The position numbers and the translations under genes were made by a program. A DNA stretch of 32,000 bases from Polynucleobacter necessarius. Its GTDB lineage: Bacteria; Pseudomonadota; Gammaproteobacteria; Burkholderiales; Burkholderiaceae. This document shows, one piece after another, positions 19,956-30,999 of the stretch (position 1 is its first letter; each line of letters starts with the position of its first letter). A model generated the notes under the pieces. The model saw nothing but the letters and a program-made list of their open reading frames with translations, ran no database searches and had not been told where the DNA came from. The stretch spans positions 1,475,879 to 1,507,878 of the forward strand of contig NZ_LT606950.1 in NCBI RefSeq assembly GCF_900095195.1, read 5' to 3'.

Positions 19956-20185
19956 TGTGGATAAGGTTGTGGGTAACAATATGGATAAGTATGGGAATTT
20001 AATGTGGATAAATTGTGGAAAGCCTTCGCCTCATGCAAAAATAGGGCGTTGAGATAAAGTTATCCAATTTTTATCCCGCCTTTATACAGAGGTTTTCCAC
20101 AGGTTTTTAGGTGTTTAATGTGTTGTTTTATTTGAGATTTTTGAGTTATCCACCAAAACAAAAAGACTTACTACTATTACTACTA
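19956..20185. other. DnaA-box cluster plus AT-rich tract; candidate oriC
   Basis: Reverse-orientation boxes:
- TGTGGATAA 19956..19964 (perfect)
- TGTGGGTAA 19968..19976
- TATGGATAA 19980..19988
- TGTGGATAA 20003..20011 (perfect)
- TGTGGAAAG 20014..20022

Forward-orientation boxes:
- TTATCCAAT 20060..20068
- TTTTCCACA 20093..20101
- TTATCCACC 20146..20154

A T-rich tract spans 20101..20145. TTACTACTA is tandemly duplicated at 20168..20185. Confidence 0.55.
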
Positions 20186-20210
20186 AGATATATACAAAGG
20201 TTTAAAAGCA

Positions 20211-21326
20211 ATGCAACTAGTAAACACTTCTCGAGATAATTTATTAAAACCTCTTCAAGTGGTAAATGGGATTGTCGAGCGTCGCCACACATTGCCAATT
20301 TTGGCAAACCTCTTATTCAAAAAGAGTGGTGAAAAGGTTTCATTTGTCTCTACTGATATTGAAATCCAAATCACCACCAATGCGAGCTTTGGTGTGGGCT
20401 CAGAAGACGTAACTACGACTGTTGCAGCGAGAAAGTTGTTAGATATTTTGCGGGCTCTTCCTGAGGGCCCAGTTTCATTAAACCTCAAAGACAATCGGAT
20501 GGTTGTCCAGAGTGGAAAGAGCCGTTTTTCTTTGCGGACTCTATCAGCGACAGAATTTCCAGTAATGCAGAGTGTTGGTGAGGTAACCGCTGCATGGAAA
20601 ATGTCTCAAAAGAGTTTTCGACAGCTCATTAGTCAAGTCCACTTTTCAATGGCCCAACAAGATATTCGTTATTACTTGAATGGAATGTTGTTGGTTGTTG
20701 ATGGAAAAGAGGTTGTGGCTGTTGCTACCGATGGTCACCGTTTGGCCTTCTCCCAGGTTGAACCGGCTGAGGCGCCTTCAGGTTCTGGTCAGAGACAGGA
20801 AATTATCATTCCACGCAAAACGATTTTGGAGTGCCAACATCTCTTGGAGGACTCAGATGAATCACTTGAGATTGGTGTTAGTGCGAATCAAGTGAAATTT
20901 GCTTTTGGGGATATTGAACTAATCTCAAAACTGGTTGAAGGCAAGTTTCCAGATTTCCAAAGAGTGATTCCTAAGGGGCAAAAAAACTCATTAATCGTTG
21001 GGCGCGAGGTTTTGCAGGCCGCCTTACAGCGAGCTGCAATTCTGACAACCGATAAATTTAAGGGTGTTCGTTTTTCGTTATCACCAAATCGTATTACCGT
21101 TCAATCCACTAATGCCGAACAAGAAGAGGCGCAAGAAGAAATTGAAACCGAATATGGTGGTGATGCTGTGGAAATCGGCTTTAACGTCAGCTATCTTTTA
21201 GATGTTCTTGCCAATCTGAAGAGTGAAAAAGTGCAAATTAGTTTGGGTGATGCAAACAGTAGTGCGGTAATTACATTACCAGGATCTGAGAGCTTTAAAT
21301 ACGTTGTAATGCCAATGCGCATTTAA
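20211..21326 (+). CDS. dnaN: DNA polymerase III beta sliding clamp
   Basis: 371 aa and intact, in the position downstream of dnaA. The N-terminus ...LLKPLQVVNGIVERRHTLPILANLL and the C-terminus YVVMPMRI are typical. Confidence 0.95.
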   Translation: MQLVNTSRDNLLKPLQVVNGIVERRHTLPILANLLFKKSGEKVSFVSTDIEIQITTNASFGVGSEDVTTTVAARKLLDILRALPEGPVSLNLKDNRMVVQSGKSRFSLRTLSATEFPVMQSVGEVTAAWKMSQKSFRQLISQVHFSMAQQDIRYYLNGMLLVVDGKEVVAVATDGHRLAFSQVEPAEAPSGSGQRQEIIIPRKTILECQHLLEDSDESLEIGVSANQVKFAFGDIELISKLVEGKFPDFQRVIPKGQKNSLIVGREVLQAALQRAAILTTDKFKGVRFSLSPNRITVQSTNAEQEEAQEEIETEYGGDAVEIGFNVSYLLDVLANLKSEKVQISLGDANSSAVITLPGSESFKYVVMPMRI

Positions 21327-21331
21327 TTTAG

Positions 21332-23836
<2,505 letters not shown>

Positions 23837-23839
23837 CTT

Positions 23840-24336
23840 ATGGCACCTAAGAAATTAAAACCTCCAAAGGAGGACCAATCTTCTATTGTTGTTAAATCCT
23901 CACCAATTCACGGTAAAGGTGTTTTGTTGCTAAGCCCATTAAAAATGGGCAGGCGATTATTGAGTACAAAAAAAGGGGGGCGCATTAGTTGGAAATTGGC
24001 GAAAAACGCCACCCACACGTCCCGAAGGACCCCAATCACACCTTTTATTTTTCCCTGGAAGATGGGCGCGTTATTGATGCCAAGTGCGGTGGGAATGCTG
24101 CTCGCTGGATAAACCACTCTTGTAAGCCAAGCTGTGAAACACGCGAAACTACATTTAATGGAAAACCGCGTGTCTTTATTTATGCTAAGCGGAACCTTAG
24201 TGTTGGTGAAGAGTTGTTTTATGACTATTCGCTTGATATTGTGGGGCGAATTACCAAGAAATTAAAAAAAGAGTATGAGTGTCGTTGTGGTGCCAAGAAG
24301 TGTCGCGGCATGATGCTTGCGCTCGAAGACAAATAA
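23840..24336 (+). pseudogene. SET-domain (lysine methyltransferase-like) protein, three frameshifts
   Basis: The reading frames switch four times:
- Frame A: MAPKKLKPPKEDQSSIVVKSSPIHGKGV
- Frame B: AKPIKNGQAIIEYK
- Frame A: KGGRISW
- Frame B: EIGEKRHPHVPKDPNHTFYFSLEDGRVIDAKCGGNAARWINHSCKPSCE...GEELFYDYSL...CRCGAKKCRGMM

The switches fall at a T-run near 23924, at the A7G6 tract 23968..23980, and near 23988. Confidence 0.85.
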
Positions 24337-24346
24337 ATACTGACCA

Positions 24347-24571
24347 ATGTTGTACCTCACCATCCAAGAGTTGGTGGCGGCCATTAGTTATTGGCGCGGC
24401 CAATCACTGGCAAAGGGTGATGAGTTGCGGCTGTGTGCCGAGGCGGCAGCGCTCTCAAAGTCCTATGCACTAATGATTGTTCAGGGATCACAACGAATTC
24501 CACTGGATGTCTTAGAGGAAAATGCAAGAACAGCCATTCAGCAATATTTAAAAAGCACTCAAAATCTATAA
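24347..24571 (+). CDS. Small conserved hypothetical protein (possibly DUF3717-like)
   Basis: 74 aa ORF, tightly spaced after the SET gene. The motif ELVAAISYWRG...YALMIV resembles a small Burkholderiales protein family that I recall only vaguely. Confidence 0.4.
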   Translation: MLYLTIQELVAAISYWRGQSLAKGDELRLCAEAAALSKSYALMIVQGSQRIPLDVLEENARTAIQQYLKSTQNL

Positions 24572-24663
24572 GAGCCGTTTGGCTTGATTTAGGGCTATCG
24601 CTATGTAAAGAGACATCATCTTGAGTTATCCTCAATGTCTTGCCCCGGTGTGGGCTTGAGGGT

Positions 24664-25428
24664 ATGAGCTTGCAAGAAACTATTCTAAAAACAATCGGAT
24701 TGGGAAAATCATTTAAAGGATTTTCAGCGGTAAGTGACGTTAACCTAGATGTCACTCGGGGCACTATTCATGCCCTTATTGGCCCAAATGGGGCGGGAAA
24801 ACCACCTGCCTTAACTTGCGCACGAAATTTTTAGAGCCAACCAGTGGTCAAATTTTGTTTAACGGTTTTGATATCACCAACGAGGTGCCCGCTCAAATTG
24901 CGCGCCGTGGGGTTATTCGTTCATTCCAAATCTCCGCGGTCTTTCCACACTTAACGGTTTTGGAAAATGTTCGTGTTGCACTGCAACGATGAGTGGCACA
25001 GAGTTCCATTTTTGGAAATCCGGGAGCTCATTAAATGTTTTAAATAACCGGGCTATAGAGTTGCTGCATGAAGTGGGCCTGGAAAGTTTTGCTCATGAAG
25101 AAACCTTAAATTTGGCATACGGCAGAAAAAGAGCACTTGAAGTTGCCACCACCTTGACTATGGAGCCCGAGCTAATGCTTTTGGATGAGCCAATGCAGGG
25201 TATGGACACGAGGATGTGGCGCGCGTTACCGAGTTGATTGACCGTGTGGCCAAGGGCCGTACGATCCTTATGGTTGAGCACAACATGAAAGTGGTTTCAT
25301 CAATTGCTGACAGCATTACCGTATTACAGCGTGGCTCAGTCCTTGCAGAGGGTTCTTATCACGAGGTGTCGACCAATCCTTTGGTTGTTGAGGCCTATAT
25401 GGGTAGCCATGGGGGTGATGCATTATGA
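24664..25428 (+). pseudogene. Branched-chain amino acid-type ABC transporter ATP-binding protein (LivG-like), frameshifted
   Basis: - MSLQETILKTIGLGKSFKGFSAVSDVNLDVTRGTIHALIGPNGAGK, then a frameshift near 24812. The true frame continues ...FLEPTSGQILFNGFDITNEVPAQIARRGVIRSFQISAVFPHLTVLENVRVALQR.
- A second break lies near 24988.
- The piece at 24989..25237 reads YGRKRALEVATTLTMEPELMLLDEP.
- A third break lies near 25210.
- The tail at 25216..25428 reads GRTILMVEHNMKVV...EAYMG. Confidence 0.85.
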
Positions 25429-25876
25429 CCATGGCGCTCGAAGTCAAAAATTTAGAGTCTTGGTACGGGGAGGCACACATTTTGCATGGCGTGAGCTTTG
25501 CCGTGCGCGATGGCGAAGTGGTTACCTTGTTGGGTCGAAATGGCGCTGGTCGAAGCGCTATTTTGAAAACCATTTTGGGGTTAACTAGTAAGAGAACCGG
25601 TTCTATTGAAATTTCTTGAGGACCGGCGCAAAGCTATTGCTGCTGGATGAAATCACCGAAGGGCTGGCTCCAGTGATTGTGCAAAAACTGGGCGAAGTGG
25701 TTACAAGTTTACGAAGCAAGGGTTTCACAATCGTCTTGGTAGAACAAAATTTCCGTTTCGCCGCACCTTTGGCAGATCGCCATTACGTTGTTGAGCATGG
25801 AAATGTGGTTGAAGTAGTGTAGCAAAACGAGCTCGCTGAAAAGGCGGCCTTATTAAATGAGTATTTGGGTGTTTAG
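25425..25876 (+). pseudogene. Branched-chain amino acid-type ABC transporter ATP-binding protein (LivF-like), internally deleted
   Basis: - The Walker A lysine is replaced (GRNGAGRS).
- After ...KRTGSIEIS the sequence jumps straight to ...GAKLLLLDEITEGLAP. The Q-loop and ABC signature are missing, roughly 80-100 codons compared with a typical ~235-aa LivF.
- There is a premature TAG at 25820..25822. The ancestral tail NELAEKAALLNEYLGV follows. Confidence 0.85.
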
Positions 25877-25898
25877 TAGCTTTCTTTAGGAGATAGCA

Positions 25899-27125
25899 AT
25901 GAAGTTAAAGCAAATAACCGCATCACTGATTGCCGCAACGATGTTCGCGTCAAACCCAGTATTTGCGCAAGTAGGAGCTAAGGTAAGCGGCGACGTGGTG
26001 AAGATCGGCGTATTGACTGATCTATCTTCCACATATTCAGATTTGGCAGGTCCAGGCGCGGTGATTGCTGCCAAAATGGCAATCGCTGATTTTTCTAAAG
26101 ATGGCACTGTTATCGGGAAGAAAGTCGAATTACTTGGCGCCGATCATCAAAACAAGGCAGATATTGCCGCGAGCAAGGCTCGCGAGTGGTTTGATAAAGA
26201 TGGTGTAGATGTCATTGTTGAGCTCGTATCGACCAACGTGGCTTTGGCTGTGATGGAAGTTGCTGAACAGAAAAACAAGATCGCCTTGGTTTCGGGCGCA
26301 GCATCTTTGCCAATTACCAATGAAAAATGTACAGCCAACAACGTGCATTGGACTTATGACACTTACGCGCTTTCAAATGGTACAGGCAAGGCTGTTGTAA
26401 AACAGGGCAAAAAGAATTGGTACTTTATTACTGCTGACTACGCACTTGGCGCAGCCTTGGAAAAAGACGCGACTAGTGTTGTTACTGCAAACGGCGGAAA
26501 AGTTTTGGGCACCAGCAAACACCCATTCCCCAATAGCGATTTCTCATCTTATTTGTTGAAGGCTCAAGCTAGCGGAGCGGATGTGGTTGCATTAGCTAAT
26601 GCTGGTCAAGACACTATTAACACGGTTAAGCAGGCTTCAGAATTTGGTATCAACAAGAAGCAAACAGTTGTTCCATTGCTGATGTTTATTGCCGATGTGC
26701 ATTCTTTGGGTCTAAATGCTGCGCAAGGCATGTATCTGACAGAGGGATTCTATTGGGATAAGGATGACAAGACTCGTGCGTTCTCTAAGCGCTTTATGCT
26801 GCAACATAAGCGTATGCCAAGCATGGTTCAGGCTGGTGTTTATTCATCCGTACTGGCATATTTGAACGCCGTTCAAAAGGCCAGCACAGACGACACTCAA
26901 GCTGTCATGAAAGCCTTGAAATCAACCAACATCGATGACGGCCTATTTAAAGGCAAGATTCGTGCTGATGGTAAATTTGAGCATGACATGTACTTGTTAG
27001 AAGTGAAGAAGCCATCTGAATCAACCACGCCATGGGATTATTACCATGTTCGTGCCGTGATTCCTGCTGCGGAAGCAACCCAACCGCTTTCATTGTCACG
27101 ATGCAAGCTGGTTACCAATAAGTAA
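25899..27125 (+). CDS. ABC transporter periplasmic substrate-binding protein (type I PBP, Leu/Ile/Val-binding family)
   Basis: 408 aa and intact, with the signal peptide MKLKQITASLIAATMFASNPVFAQ and a good RBS (AGGAG) upstream. Confidence 0.85.
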   Translation: MKLKQITASLIAATMFASNPVFAQVGAKVSGDVVKIGVLTDLSSTYSDLAGPGAVIAAKMAIADFSKDGTVIGKKVELLGADHQNKADIAASKAREWFDKDGVDVIVELVSTNVALAVMEVAEQKNKIALVSGAASLPITNEKCTANNVHWTYDTYALSNGTGKAVVKQGKKNWYFITADYALGAALEKDATSVVTANGGKVLGTSKHPFPNSDFSSYLLKAQASGADVVALANAGQDTINTVKQASEFGINKKQTVVPLLMFIADVHSLGLNAAQGMYLTEGFYWDKDDKTRAFSKRFMLQHKRMPSMVQAGVYSSVLAYLNAVQKASTDDTQAVMKALKSTNIDDGLFKGKIRADGKFEHDMYLLEVKKPSESTTPWDYYHVRAVIPAAEATQPLSLSRCKLVTNK

Positions 27126-27138
27126 TTTATAAATACGC

Positions 27139-28060
27139 ATGTTTGAACTTCTTGGAATTACCCAACAAGGGCCGATTGCCCAGCTCTTGTGGGCCTTATT
27201 AATGGCTCGTTCTATGCCATATTGAGTTTGGGATTGGCCATCATTTTTGGCCTTCTCAACATTATTAATTTCGCCCATGGTGCTCAATACACTATGGGTG
27301 CCTTTATTGCCTGGATTGGTTTAACTCAGCTAAGCCAGTGGCTCGGATTTCCCGAGTTATCGATCAACTATTGGTTTGCATTGATTGTTGTGCCATTAGT
27401 GCTGGCCGGTTTCGGCTTAGTTCTGGAGCGCACCATGTTGCGCCGTTTGTACCATCTTGATCACTTATATGGACTTTTATTAACCTTTGGTTTGGCTTTG
27501 ATTATTGAAGGTATGTTCCGCCACTGGTTTGGAATTTCTGGCGAGAGTTATCCAGCCCCCGAGCTTCTGCAGGGCGCTATACCCCTTGAGTCCATTGGCA
27601 TCATCGTGCCAAAATACCGCCTATGGGTGGTGGTTATTTCTTTGGCGGTTTGTTTTTCCACTTGGTACGTTATCGAGAGAACCAAGTTGGGCGCGTATTT
27701 GCGTGCTGGCACCGAAAACCCAAAACTGTTGCAAGCGTTCGGCATTAATGTGCCCTTAATGATTTCTTTGGCCTATGCTTATGGCGTTGGTCTTGCGGGT
27801 TTCGCTGGTGTATTGGCAGCCCCAATTTTTCAGGTGAACCCACTGATGGGCTCTAACCTCATCATCGTGGTTTTTGCTGTGGTAGTCATTGGTGGAATGG
27901 GCTCCATTATGGGCGCTATTCTTACGGGCCTTGGGTTGGGCTTAATAGAGGGTCTGACCAAAGGTCTTCTATCCAGAAGCTTCTGGCGTTGTGATCTTTG
28001 TGATCATGGCAATTGTTTTGTTGATTCGTCCTGCAGGACTTGTTTGGGCGGGAAAAATAA
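27139..28060 (+). pseudogene. ABC transporter permease (LivH-like), frameshifted at both ends
   Basis: - The ATG at 27139 gives MFELLGITQQGPIAQLL. A shift near 27186 then leads into GLINGSFYAILSLGLAIIFGLLNIINFAHG.
- A shift near 27965 falls before VFYPEASGVVIFVIMAIVLLIRPAGL.
- A third 1-nt indel near 28042 removes the ancestral end FGREK-TAA (28058..28060) and fuses the tail in frame to livM.
- The span is 922 nt. Confidence 0.75.
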
Positions 28061-28062
28061 TC

Positions 28063-28992
28063 ATGAATCCAAAAACAAAATTGCTCTATGGAATACTCAT
28101 TCTGATTGGTTTACTGCTGCCTTTTCAGGACTTTATTTATCTTGTTTTTGCAATGAAGGTACTGTGCTTCGCCTTGTTTGCTTGCGCATTTAACTTATTG
28201 CTTGGATTTACTGGACTTCTTTCGTTCGGGCATGCCGCCTTCTTTGGAACCGCTGCCTACATTACTGCGTACTTTTGTAAGGAAGCGGGATTATCGCTAG
28301 AGATAGGCATCATCTTGGGAGTTGTCGGGCCTGGCATTTTGGGTTTTTTAGTCGGATCCCTGGCTATTCGCAGACAGGGTATTTATTTTGCGATGGTTAC
28401 CTTGGCTCTCTCGCAAATGATTTGCTTCTTGGCTGTTCAGCTTCCATACACAGGCGGCGAGGATGGCATTCAAGGGGTGCCGCGCGGGATGCTCTTTGGG
28501 TTGATTGATTTAAAAAATGATGTGGCTATGTACTATTCTGTGCTGGCTGTTTTCTTGTTTGGTTTTGCGCTCATCATGCGTGCTGTGCACTCCCCGTTTG
28601 GCCAAGTTTTGAAAGCCATTCGCGAGAATGAGCCACGTGCTATCTCATTGGGATACGATGTCGCTCGCTTCAAGTTGATGTCATTCGTTATCTCGGCAAC
28701 CTTGGTTGGTTTGGCTGGATCCATGAAGTCCTTGGTATTTCAGCTCGCCACATTAACGGATGTGCATTGGCATATGTCAGGCGAAGTTGTTTTGATGACA
28801 TTGTTGGGCGGCATGGGAACCATTCTCGGTCCAGTAGTCGGCGCTGGTATCGTAGTTGGGCTACAAAATTATCTTGCGAATATTAGCTCGTGGAGCACGA
28901 TTGCAGCAGGCTTCATTTTTGTAATTTGTGTTTTGGCGTTCCATCGCGGTGTCGTTGGAGAAATTGCTGCACACTTCAAAAACAAAAACTAA
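28063..28992 (+). CDS. ABC transporter permease (LivM-like)
   Basis: The ATG at 28063 is codon 25 of track ORF 27991..28992. The product is MNPKTKLLYGILILIG...LLGFTGLLSFGHAAFFG..., about 309 aa, with no lesions seen. Confidence 0.8.
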   Translation: MNPKTKLLYGILILIGLLLPFQDFIYLVFAMKVLCFALFACAFNLLLGFTGLLSFGHAAFFGTAAYITAYFCKEAGLSLEIGIILGVVGPGILGFLVGSLAIRRQGIYFAMVTLALSQMICFLAVQLPYTGGEDGIQGVPRGMLFGLIDLKNDVAMYYSVLAVFLFGFALIMRAVHSPFGQVLKAIRENEPRAISLGYDVARFKLMSFVISATLVGLAGSMKSLVFQLATLTDVHWHMSGEVVLMTLLGGMGTILGPVVGAGIVVGLQNYLANISSWSTIAAGFIFVICVLAFHRGVVGEIAAHFKNKN

Positions 28993-29022
28993 GTTTTTGT
29001 TTTCCTCTATGATTTAGTTTTC

Positions 29023-29046
29023 AGTGTGGCGCCTTGGCGCCACACT
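29023..29046. repeat. Perfect palindrome AGTGTGGCGCC-TT-GGCGCCACACT
   Basis: Seen directly, 31 bp after the livM stop. It is flanked by a T-rich 5' side and an A-rich 3' side, the opposite of an intrinsic terminator on either strand. Its function is unknown. Confidence 0.5.
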
Positions 29047-29096
29047 CATGAATAAAAAGAAAACAAAGAGACTATCATCGAATTCTCCATGTACCT

Positions 29097-29243
29097 TTGG
29101 CCGTTTTTGCTGGCCTCGTTGATGTGGTTGCCGGCGGCGGTTTAATTCAATTGCCGGTGTTGTTCGCAGCTTATCCAGAGGCGCTACCTGCAACGCTTCT
29201 CTCAACAAACAAAGTGTCTGCTGTTGGTGGGACGCTTAATGCG
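29097..29243 (+). pseudogene. TauE/SafE (DUF81)-family membrane protein, N-terminal remnant only
   Basis: [46 protein letters not shown] matches the conserved first TM/loop block of TauE/SafE permeases. The rest of the gene is missing. The remnant is joined in frame to internal mnmG sequence. Confidence 0.55.
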
Positions 29244-30999
29244 GGGGTTGGCAAAGGCCATTTAGTTAAAGAGATAGACGCCATGGGCGGTGCTATGGCA
29301 GCTGCGACCGACGAGGCAGGTATCCAATTTCGTATTCTCAATTCCAGCAAGGGGCCGGCTGTTCGTGCGAACCGTGCTCAAGGCGACCGCATTCTTTACA
29401 AGGCAGCCATTCGTAGGCGACTTGAAAACCAGCCAAACTTAAGCCTCTTTCAGGCTGCTGCTGTTGACGACCTGTTGATTCAGGGTGACGAGATTCAGGG
29501 TGTTGTTACCCAAACGGGTCTGGAATTTATGGCCAGGAAGGATGTTTTAACTGCCGGAATGTTCTTAGATGGAAAGATTCACGTTGGCCTAAATAATTAC
29601 GCCGGAGGCCGCGCAGGCGATCCAGCCGCTGTTTCGCTTTCAGCCCGCTTAAAGAGGTTAAAGCTTCCTCAGGGTAGGCTAAAAACGGGTACCCCACCCC
29701 GCATTGATGGAAGAACCATTGATTTTTCAGTGATGCTTGAGAAGCCAGGGGATTTAGACCCTGTCCCCGTGTTCTCATTTTTGGGGCGGCCAGAGCAACA
29801 GCCAAAGCAGGTCCCGTGTTGGATTTTACATACAAACGAAAAGACACACGACATTATTCGCGGTGGTTTAGACCGTTCTCCAATGTATACGGGGGTTATT
29901 GAGGGGGTCGGACCTCGCTACTGTCCCTCGATTGAAGACAAAATTCACCGCTTTGCTTCCCGCAATAGTCATCAGATTTTCCTCGAGCCTGAGGGCCCAA
30001 CAACCAACGAGTTTTATCCAAATGGTATTTCTACCAGCCCTCCCTTCGGTGTCCAATGGGATTTAGTGCGAAGCATTCGCGGTTTGGGGTCTGCGGTGAT
30101 TGTTCGTCCAGGCTACGCAATTGAATACGATTTCTTTGATCCTCTCCAGTTGCGCCATAGCTTAAAAACTAAGGTTATCCAAGGGCTGTATTTTGCCGGT
30201 CAAATTAACGGTACCACAGGCTATGAGAAAGCTGCTGCACAGGGCCTTTTGGGCTGGCTTGGTCGCCCAAGGAAAAGAGCCATGGCTCCCGAAGCGAAGT
30301 GAGTCCTACATTGGCGTTCTGGTGGATGACTTGATTGCTCGCGGTGTACAAGAGCCCTATCGGATGTTTACCAGCTGTGCCGAATACCGCTTAAGCTTGC
30401 GTGAAGACAATGCGGGCATGCGTTTAACGGCGATTGGACGAGAGTTGGGGCTGGTAGATGACAATCGTTTGGAGGTGTTTTGCAGAAAACAAGAAGTTGT
30501 TTCACGTGAAACGTCGCGTTTACGAGATATTTGGGTGGGGCCAAAACATGAGGCTGCGCCTTTGGTTGCCCAGTTGCTGGGGCAGGATTTACCTCGCGAG
30601 TGCAATTTGACGGAGTTATTGCGCCGTCCTGGCGTTACATATGAGGCAATTACATCGCTGGGCAATGGTTTGTGGTCGCCAGGCGTTTTGGGTGACGATT
30701 TGGGTTTGGCGGCCCAAATTAGCGATCAGGTTGAGATTTCAGTGAAATATCAGGGGTATATTGAGCGGCAGGCGGTGGAAATTGCGCGTCATGAACATAA
30801 CGAGACATATCCCCTTCCGGAGTCCTTAGACTATTCTCAGGTGCTGGGCTTATCGAAAGAGGTCCAACAAAAGTTGAACTTGCATAAACCCGCCACATTG
30901 GGTCAAGCCGGAAGAATTTCTGGGGTTACCCCTGCCGCAATTTCATTGCTGCTGGTGCATCTTAAAAAGGGTTTGGGCCGCGCCCAAGAGACCGCATGA
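29244..30999 (+). pseudogene. mnmG: tRNA U34 carboxymethylaminomethyl-modification enzyme MnmG (GidA), 5'-truncated and frameshifted
   Basis: - Homology begins at [16 protein letters not shown], about residue 53 of E. coli MnmG, so the GGGHAG FAD-binding N-terminus is deleted.
- A frameshift near 30250 separates [14 protein letters not shown] from [26 protein letters not shown].
- Conserved residues are altered: TSRAEYRL to TSCAEYRL, and RATRAQADR to RANRAQGDR.
- The C-terminus [20 protein letters not shown] is present. Confidence 0.9.
30498..30513. other. parS centromere-like site (ParB binding site)
   Basis: TGTTTCACGTGAAACG matches the TGTTNCACGTGAAACA consensus at 15 of 16 positions. The central 14 bp form a perfect palindrome. 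It lies about 1.2 kb upstream of parA, inside the mnmG pseudogene. Confidence 0.7.

Noticed and set aside
29097-30302. The 401-aa ORF considered as a genuine novel membrane-anchored MnmG variant.
   Set aside because: It lacks the FAD dinucleotide-binding N-terminus, is frameshifted at its 3' part and has substitutions at invariant residues. Its partner mnmE is also dead. A deletion chimera is the simpler explanation.
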